Origin: a virus
Lineage: Duplodnaviria > Caudoviricetes
Direction: 5' to 3' (one strand)
Virus record (IMG/VR): IMGVR_UViG_3300046789_000005
Coordinates: 1-49,318 of that record
DNA: 49,318 bases
Shown here: positions 43,833-49,318 of the stretch, piece by piece
Numbering within the stretch: position 1 is the stretch's first letter
Layout of the letters: every line of letters starts with the position of its first letter
Translations under genes and position numbers: made by a program
Notes under the pieces: generated by a model
Database searches by the model: none
Seen by the model: the letters and a program-made list of their open reading frames with translations, nothing else
Told to the model about the DNA's origin: nothing

Positions 43833-44663
43833 ATGACTCGGGCTAGAGAAATCCGGGATCTGAAGATCGACGAGGTAAGCCTCGTCGACAAGGGTGCCAA
43901 TCAGCACGCGAAGACCGTCATCGCCAAGAGGCACGACGTCGAAGAGGAGACCACGGTGGAGAAGTACTTCAACGAGGACGGTGACCTCATCGACCTCAAC
44001 GACCTGCAGGTGGGGGATCGCGTCTGGGACGAGAGCGGTCAGGAGTTCGAGTTCACCGACGAGGTGGATGAGGACGAGCCCGACGACTACGACGAGATCG
44101 AGGATGCCGCCAACGAGCGCGAGTTCGCTGAGGTCGGCAAGTCGGTCTTCGCCAAGCGAGCTTCGAGCGGACCGTCCCTCGTGGACCAGGTGCGCGAGGA
44201 GCTGAGCAAGGCCCTCACGGACAAGGACCGTGACGAGGTGATCACCAAGATGTTCGGCCAGCTGGAGGACTTCGCGGAGATCGCCAAGTCTGCGCAGGCA
44301 ACCGCAGCTGCAGAGCGCGACCTGCGCCTCACGCAGGAGTACACGGAGATCGCCAAGGGCTACAACGTCCCGGTGAAGCCGAGCGATCTGGGCCGTGTGC
44401 TCAAGCGTCTCGCTGAGGTGCTCCCCATCGAGGACCAGCTCGTGATCAAGAAGTGCCTGGATGCCACCTCGGCGTCCGAGGAGCTCTTCGAGGAGTACGG
44501 CAACCGGGGCGGCGGCGACAACGCTGACGTGCTCTCCCAGGTCGATGCTCTCGTCGATGGCACCGTCTACAAGGGCGACCTCACCCGTGAGGACGTGGTC
44601 TCGAAGGTCTTCGACGAGAACCCGGACGCCTACGACCAGTACCTGGCTGAGCGCCGGGGCTGA
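43833..44663 (+). CDS. capsid scaffolding protein with N-terminal protease-like strand
   Basis: Acidic and helical, upstream of cement/MCP; begins LKIDEVSLVDKGAN. Confidence 0.75.
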   Translation: MTRAREIRDLKIDEVSLVDKGANQHAKTVIAKRHDVEEETTVEKYFNEDGDLIDLNDLQVGDRVWDESGQEFEFTDEVDEDEPDDYDEIEDAANEREFAEVGKSVFAKRASSGPSLVDQVREELSKALTDKDRDEVITKMFGQLEDFAEIAKSAQATAAAERDLRLTQEYTEIAKGYNVPVKPSDLGRVLKRLAEVLPIEDQLVIKKCLDATSASEELFEEYGNRGGGDNADVLSQVDALVDGTVYKGDLTREDVVSKVFDENPDAYDQYLAERRG

Positions 44664-44686
44664 GAAGGACAAGGAGGAGAGAGCAC

Positions 44687-45091
44687 ATGGCATACGAGGA
44701 GAGCCTCCGGTCCATCTCCCTGGACGCGGACGCTTCACTGAGCGGCTACACCGGAGTTCCTGGAACTCCTGGTTCGGCTGAGCCCAACTACGGCAAGCAG
44801 TACACCTTCGTGAAGATCACTGGTGCTCACCAGGTCGGTCTCGCAACGGCAGCGACGGATGCTGTCGTGGGTGTCCTGCAGAACAAGCCGCAGCGCACCG
44901 GCCAGGCCGCCACGGTGGGCATCCGGGGCGTCACCAACGTGATCGCATCCGCAGCCATCAACGCGGGTGATCTGGTCACGTCCACGGCTACCGGGACGGC
45001 GGTCCAGTCGGCCACCAACACCCTCGGTATCGCCATCACCTCAGCAGCCGGGGCCGGACAGCTTCTGTCCATCCTCCTGCGGGTCAACTGA
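44687..45091 (+). CDS. capsid cement/decoration protein (DUF2190-like)
   Basis: GVLQNKP, AINAGDLV, GIAITSA; directly before MCP. Confidence 0.75.
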   Translation: MAYEESLRSISLDADASLSGYTGVPGTPGSAEPNYGKQYTFVKITGAHQVGLATAATDAVVGVLQNKPQRTGQAATVGIRGVTNVIASAAINAGDLVTSTATGTAVQSATNTLGIAITSAAGAGQLLSILLRVN

Positions 45092-45109
45092 GAGAGGAGC
45101 TAGAGAGCA

Positions 45110-46108
45110 ATGCCGAACCCCACTCAGGCTGATCTGCACGTAAACGTCCCGCTGACGAACGTCAGCATCGCCTACATCCAGAAGGCAGATGCCTTCATCG
45201 CCACCAAGGTGTTCCCCAAGGTGGCTGTGAACAAGCAGTCGGACCTGTACTGGAAGTACTCGAAGTCGGACTGGCGTCGTACTGACGTGCAGCGCCGTGC
45301 TCCGTCCACCGAATCCCCCGGGGTCGGCTGGAACGTGGACACGGATAGCTACTTCGCCCACGTCTATGCCGTGCACAAGGACATCGACGACCAGCTTCGC
45401 GCGAACGCGGACAGCAACTTCCGCCTCGACCGTGACGCCACGGCCTTCATCACGAACCAGCTCCTGCTGAAGCGCGACATCGACTTCAACGCCACGTACT
45501 TCAAGACGGGCGTGTGGGGCACGGACTACACCGGTGTGGCCTCCGGCCCGACCGGCAGCCAGTTCATCCAGTGGAACTCGGCCTCGTCCGACCCGGTCAA
45601 GCAGTTCGCGGACCTCCAGGTCGCCTTCATCCAGTCGACGGGCTTCAAGGCCAACACGCTGGTGCTCGGCCCCCTGGCCCGCAACGCGCTGATCAACCAC
45701 GCGGGCATCCTGGACCGCATCAAGTACACGCAGAAGGGTGTGGTGACGGACGACCTGCTCGCCTCCCTCTTCGACGTGGACCGGGTGCTCACCTCGTACG
45801 CCACGCAGGCTGTGGGCCCGCAGATCGCTGACGCTTCGGCTCAGGACGCTGCGGCCACCTACAGCTTCATCGGCAACCCGAAGAGCGCACTGCTCTGCTA
45901 CACCCCGTCCTCGCCGGGGCTGCTGCAGCCTGCGTCGGGCTACACCTTCACCTGGAACGGCTACCTGGCCGGGAACGCCCAGGGCATCAAGGTGAAGAAC
46001 TTCCGCATGGAGCAGATCGCTTCGGACCGTGTCGAGGCCGAGATGACCTACGACATGAAGCTCGTCGGGGCCGACCTGGGCGTGTTCCTCGCCTCGGCCG
46101 TCGCCTGA
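45110..46108 (+). CDS. major capsid protein
   Basis: LTNVSIAY, FIA..VFP, WNSASSDP, PASGYTFTW; size and position. Confidence 0.9.
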   Translation: MPNPTQADLHVNVPLTNVSIAYIQKADAFIATKVFPKVAVNKQSDLYWKYSKSDWRRTDVQRRAPSTESPGVGWNVDTDSYFAHVYAVHKDIDDQLRANADSNFRLDRDATAFITNQLLLKRDIDFNATYFKTGVWGTDYTGVASGPTGSQFIQWNSASSDPVKQFADLQVAFIQSTGFKANTLVLGPLARNALINHAGILDRIKYTQKGVVTDDLLASLFDVDRVLTSYATQAVGPQIADASAQDAAATYSFIGNPKSALLCYTPSSPGLLQPASGYTFTWNGYLAGNAQGIKVKNFRMEQIASDRVEAEMTYDMKLVGADLGVFLASAVA

Positions 46109-46120
46109 CGGATCAGCCCG

Positions 46121-46157
46121 AGAGGGGGCCAGGGTCTTAGTGGCCCTGGTCCCCTCT
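46121..46157 (+). terminator. hairpin after MCP
   Basis: AGAGGGGGCCAGGGTC...GGCCCTGGTCCCCTCT; no U tract. Confidence 0.6.
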
Positions 46158-46175
46158 GGCATGAGAGGGAGAAGG

Positions 46176-46604
46176 ATGTTCTACCCACCCGCTGAAGACA
46201 CGAAGACTCTGGAGTACATCGTCGGTCGCCCGATCACGGTGGGTGACAAGGACTTCTGGCCTGCCGAGGATCTGCCGCAGGAGTACGTCGATCAGATCCC
46301 GCTCATCGATTCCTGGGTGAGTGCGGGGTACCTGTACCGCGTGCACCCGGACCTGGGCTACGACCGACTGCCTCCGCACATCTACAACGACGTCGTGACA
46401 CGCAAGGAGGCGGAGGCGAAGCTAGCGGGCGACCCTGGTATCACAGCCGTCATCGATGCCGCACAGGAAACCGGCAGGAAGGCTGATGTCTCGGTCACTG
46501 CCAACAAGCAGGCCAAGCTCCAGCGCACACCGCGTCGGACCCGCAAGCTCACGGCAGAGGACAAGGCATCCGCCGTCGAGGTGACACCCGAGAAGGAGAA
46601 GTAG
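46176..46604 (+). CDS. hypothetical virion-region protein
   Basis: ATG after GGAG. Confidence 0.7.
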   Translation: MFYPPAEDTKTLEYIVGRPITVGDKDFWPAEDLPQEYVDQIPLIDSWVSAGYLYRVHPDLGYDRLPPHIYNDVVTRKEAEAKLAGDPGITAVIDAAQETGRKADVSVTANKQAKLQRTPRRTRKLTAEDKASAVEVTPEKEK

Positions 46605-46606
46605 CC

Positions 46607-46993
46607 ATGGTGCAGGACAACCGCGCAGCCCCGCCGAACACGTCCCAGGTCGAGGCTGCTGGGGGTGACCTCGAAGAGGCCACCGAGAACCAGCAGGGTG
46701 AGCTCGACGAGGACGGCGTGGCCGAGCTCAACGAGCAGATCGCCAAGGAGCAGGAGGAGGCTCGGGACTTCTGGGCCGAGGAGCGCGCCAAGCGCATCGA
46801 GGAGAGCGAGGGCCTGCACGTGGGCGACCCGCTCAAGCCGAGCGAGCAGGACGAGAAGGCGCGCAAGGCCGACGCCGAGGACGCCAAGCAGAAGAACGAG
46901 GCGGCCAAGAAGGAGCGCGAGGCCGAGTCCAAGAAGGCTGGCGAGGACGCCAAGAAGGCCTCGCCCCAGCCGGTGGCTGCTGAGCACAAGTAG
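46607..46993 (+). CDS. charged helical hypothetical protein
   Basis: AAGGAG RBS; E/K/A-rich. Confidence 0.7.
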   Translation: MVQDNRAAPPNTSQVEAAGGDLEEATENQQGELDEDGVAELNEQIAKEQEEARDFWAEERAKRIEESEGLHVGDPLKPSEQDEKARKADAEDAKQKNEAAKKEREAESKKAGEDAKKASPQPVAAEHK

Positions 46994-47004
46994 GAGCAAG
47001 AGCC

Positions 47005-47487
47005 ATGACCTTCACGTACGAGGCACCAGGGATCGATCCCATCAGCACCATCCGCTTCCTCGCGGGTGACGCTGACGCGACCGAGGTGTTCCTCCAGGAC
47101 GAGGAGATCGAATGGCTCATCACCACCTGGTCGAGCAAGGGTGACTACTACGTGGCCTCCCGGGCGGCTGACGCCATCGCGTCCAAGGTCGCCCGGGAGA
47201 TCGACGTCACGTCGGAGGGTCAGTCCCTGGGGCTGAACGCGCTGTACGAGAAGTACCGCAACCTGTCCTCTTCACTGCTGGACCAGTACCGCGAACTGCT
47301 CGCCAGCGGCGCGACTGTCTATGTGGGCGGCATAGATGCTGGCGAGCAGCCAGACCCCGGCGTCGCACCACCTGCCTTCGGTACACGGATGCACGACAAC
47401 CGAGAGGCGGGACGCCAGGACTACGGCGACTCCGGCGACATCCCGGACACCTGGGAAGCCGGACAGTGGGGTGAGTTCGTCCCGTGA
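47005..47487 (+). CDS. head-to-tail adaptor
   Basis: IRFLAGD...LQDEEIEWL; position after MCP. Confidence 0.7.
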   Translation: MTFTYEAPGIDPISTIRFLAGDADATEVFLQDEEIEWLITTWSSKGDYYVASRAADAIASKVAREIDVTSEGQSLGLNALYEKYRNLSSSLLDQYRELLASGATVYVGGIDAGEQPDPGVAPPAFGTRMHDNREAGRQDYGDSGDIPDTWEAGQWGEFVP

Positions 47488-47912
47488 GCCCGATGAGGAT
47501 CTCGCCCTTCTCCCGTGGATACATCCGGTACCGGTCCACTGAGCTGATGACTGACGCCTGTCAGATCCTTCGGCCTGGACCGGGCCGGGTGGTCTACGAC
47601 CCCGTCACGCGTAGGGCGACCAACCGCTCCGAGGTCTTCATGTACGAGGGTCCCTGCCGTCTGTGGGAGATCCCGGCTGCCTCCTCGGTGCGCTATCAGG
47701 ACCTCGAACTGCTGGTCACCACCATGTTCCTGTCGCTGCCGTACGACGCCCCCGTCCCGGAGCCTGAGTCCCAGGTGAAGATGACGGTCTCGGACGACTT
47801 CAGCGTGATCGGCCGGTACTACCAGGTCGAAGCCATCGTGCGTTCCGGTGGGCTGCGCGCTGCGCGGCGCATGCTGGTCAACGCCATCGACACTCCGAGC
47901 TCGCTGTGGTGA
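47484..47912 (+). CDS. head-to-tail stopper (DUF6093-like)
   Basis: MTDACQI.RPG..YDP...YEGPCR, LSLP. Confidence 0.7.
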   Translation: MSPMRISPFSRGYIRYRSTELMTDACQILRPGPGRVVYDPVTRRATNRSEVFMYEGPCRLWEIPAASSVRYQDLELLVTTMFLSLPYDAPVPEPESQVKMTVSDDFSVIGRYYQVEAIVRSGGLRAARRMLVNAIDTPSSLW

Positions 47913-48283
47913 CCAACGCCGCCGCGCTGGACCTGGTCAACCTGGCCAAGGATCTAGAGATGGCAGGCCAGCAGGCACCCAAGGCTGCGGACTTCGTGCT
48001 GGCCAAGGCCGCCTCCCAGATCCTGGTGCAGATGAAGGCCATGACGCCGGTGGACACCGGGCGGCTGCGTGGCAGCGAGACGATCCAGTCCTCTCCGGGG
48101 CGCTACGTGGTGGGCCCGGTGGGTGTGCCCTACGCCGCCTACGTGGAGTTCGGTACCTCGCGTATGCGGGCGCAGCCCTACGTGCGGCCAGCCGTGCAGC
48201 AGTACCTGGACACCCTCGGAGCCAAGGTCGCTGACGTGGGTGTCTCGATGATCATGGGGAGGGGCTATGACCAGCACCCCTGA
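47906..48283 (+). CDS. HK97 gp10-like neck/tail component
   Basis: PVDTGRLRGS, YAAYVEFGTSRMRAQPYVRPA. Confidence 0.88.
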   Translation: MVTNAAALDLVNLAKDLEMAGQQAPKAADFVLAKAASQILVQMKAMTPVDTGRLRGSETIQSSPGRYVVGPVGVPYAAYVEFGTSRMRAQPYVRPAVQQYLDTLGAKVADVGVSMIMGRGYDQHP

Positions 48284-48731
48284 TCGCGCCCCGCTGACCG
48301 ACGTGCTGATCGGCGCCCTGGAGACCGTGGTGGAGTTCGTGGGCGACGTGATCGCACCTCAGGATGCGGGCTGGCAGAACTTCCCTGGCGGCAACGACTC
48401 GGTGTTCGTGCCCTACGTGGTGCTCACCCCCCAAGCCTCCCCTGCCCCTACGGGGTCGCTGGGAGACAGCCAGGTCGACTGGCGGCTGCCGTACACCCTG
48501 ACCACCTACGGGGTCACGCGACAGCAGATCGAGGATGTAGCTGATGAGGCGCGCCGAGCAGTTCTTGGCCTGACCAACGTTGTGGTGTCGATGCACGACG
48601 GGACGACGGCCTGGAAGATCATCGGCGTTACCTCGCAGAACATCGGCGGGGTGGGCTACACGGACCAGATCAAGCCCACCGCATACAGCCAGAGCGACAG
48701 CGTTCTGGTCTGGTTCAGCAAGAAGCTCTAG
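48267..48731 (+). CDS. tail terminator
   Basis: VGD..AP..GW...PYVVL; precedes major tail gene. Confidence 0.65.
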   Translation: MTSTPDRAPLTDVLIGALETVVEFVGDVIAPQDAGWQNFPGGNDSVFVPYVVLTPQASPAPTGSLGDSQVDWRLPYTLTTYGVTRQQIEDVADEARRAVLGLTNVVVSMHDGTTAWKIIGVTSQNIGGVGYTDQIKPTAYSQSDSVLVWFSKKL

Positions 48732-48739
48732 GAGGAGCG

Positions 48740-48949
48740 ATGGTCGCCAAGAAGAAGTCCACGGAGGAGCTGTCCGTCAACGACCAGCCGACCCTCCGCA
48801 AGAAGGTCCTCACCATCAAGAACGGATCTGAGACCGGCACTGTCACTGAGAGTGCCTTCAAGAACGTGTGGAAGGACCGTGGCTGGACAGTCACGGATGA
48901 TGAGAAGAGCGGAAGCCACAAGGCCGAGCCGAAGAAGGAGACTGACTGA
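48740..48949 (+). CDS. small hypothetical protein
   Basis: GGAGG RBS; AFKNVWKDRGW. Confidence 0.65.
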   Translation: MVAKKKSTEELSVNDQPTLRKKVLTIKNGSETGTVTESAFKNVWKDRGWTVTDDEKSGSHKAEPKKETD

Positions 48950-49318
48950 TGACTCGCCTCATCCCGAATGAGAAGGTCTGGGTGGGCTTCGCCGTCACTG
49001 TGGCGTCCAAGTCCGCCCCTACGGCTGCCAACATCACGGCATCCGTGGACCTCACCCCGTTCCTGGTGTCCCTGAACGCCAGCTCGCGTGGCAACGTGGT
49101 CCCCACCCCGTCGCTGGACACCCTCTTCGAGACGTCCATCTCCGGCACGGTGCAGGCCACGTTCGACGCGGACTTCTACCGCGATGACGACAACGACCTC
49201 GCCTGGGACACCCTCCCGCGCTCGACCGAGGGCTTCTTCATCATCCAGCGTGTCGGTGGAGACGGCGCCAAGCCGAAGACCGGCGACATCGTGGAGGTCT
49301 GGCCGGTCATCGTGACCA
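48949..49318 (+). CDS. major tail protein, truncated at window end
   Basis: Read by hand: MTRLIPNEKVWVGF...APTAANI...DLT...FYRD...GDIVEVWPV; TGATG coupling, AAGGAG RBS. Confidence 0.8.
   Translation, partial: MTRLIPNEKVWVGFAVTVASKSAPTAANITASVDLTPFLVSLNASSRGNVVPTPSLDTLFETSISGTVQATFDADFYRDDDNDLAWDTLPRSTEGFFIIQRVGGDGAKPKTGDIVEVWPVIVT

Noticed and set aside
49088-49315. 75-aa ORF at the window end
   Set aside because: Out-of-frame overlap with the major tail gene starting at 48949
1-49318. Genome-wide TAG recoding
   Set aside because: Many genes end in TAG with the next gene starting close by (7121, 15953, 24912, 40084, 46604, 46993, 48731); only one internal TAG candidate was found

Overview
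A 49-kb, GC-rich segment of a tailed dsDNA phage genome, probably an actinobacteriophage of siphovirus type (WhiB gene, actinophage-like neck and tail genes). Gene products were assigned by eye from motifs and gene order; no database searches were run. Bases 1-2.5 kb hold a leftward operon of small genes behind a near-consensus sigma70 promoter and a leader terminator. Bases 2.7-14 kb hold rightward replication genes (DnaB helicase, primase, SSB, DnaE, Cas4-like nuclease, RuvC, WhiB) with an embedded endolysin. Bases 14-49 kb hold the terminase subunits, fibre modules, an accessory block with an atypical tRNA, the portal, MuF, an XkdF-type protease, scaffold, capsid, neck genes and the start of the major tail gene. 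Main candidate new system: seven otherwise unrelated head-region proteins share an S(A/V)WG(V/I)...[VI]xK peptide, and [VI]xK sites recur in the scaffold, protease and neighbouring proteins. This suggests a capsid-targeting, protease-processed cargo system carrying HExxH, GNAT-like, JAB-like and glycine-zipper modules, with an apparently split prohead protease. Also notable: a fibre protein of five nested copies of one module, a tRNA-Cys-like RNA with an aberrant anticodon loop, an in-frame TAG inside an apparent gene, and a basic terminal peptide shared by several replication proteins.
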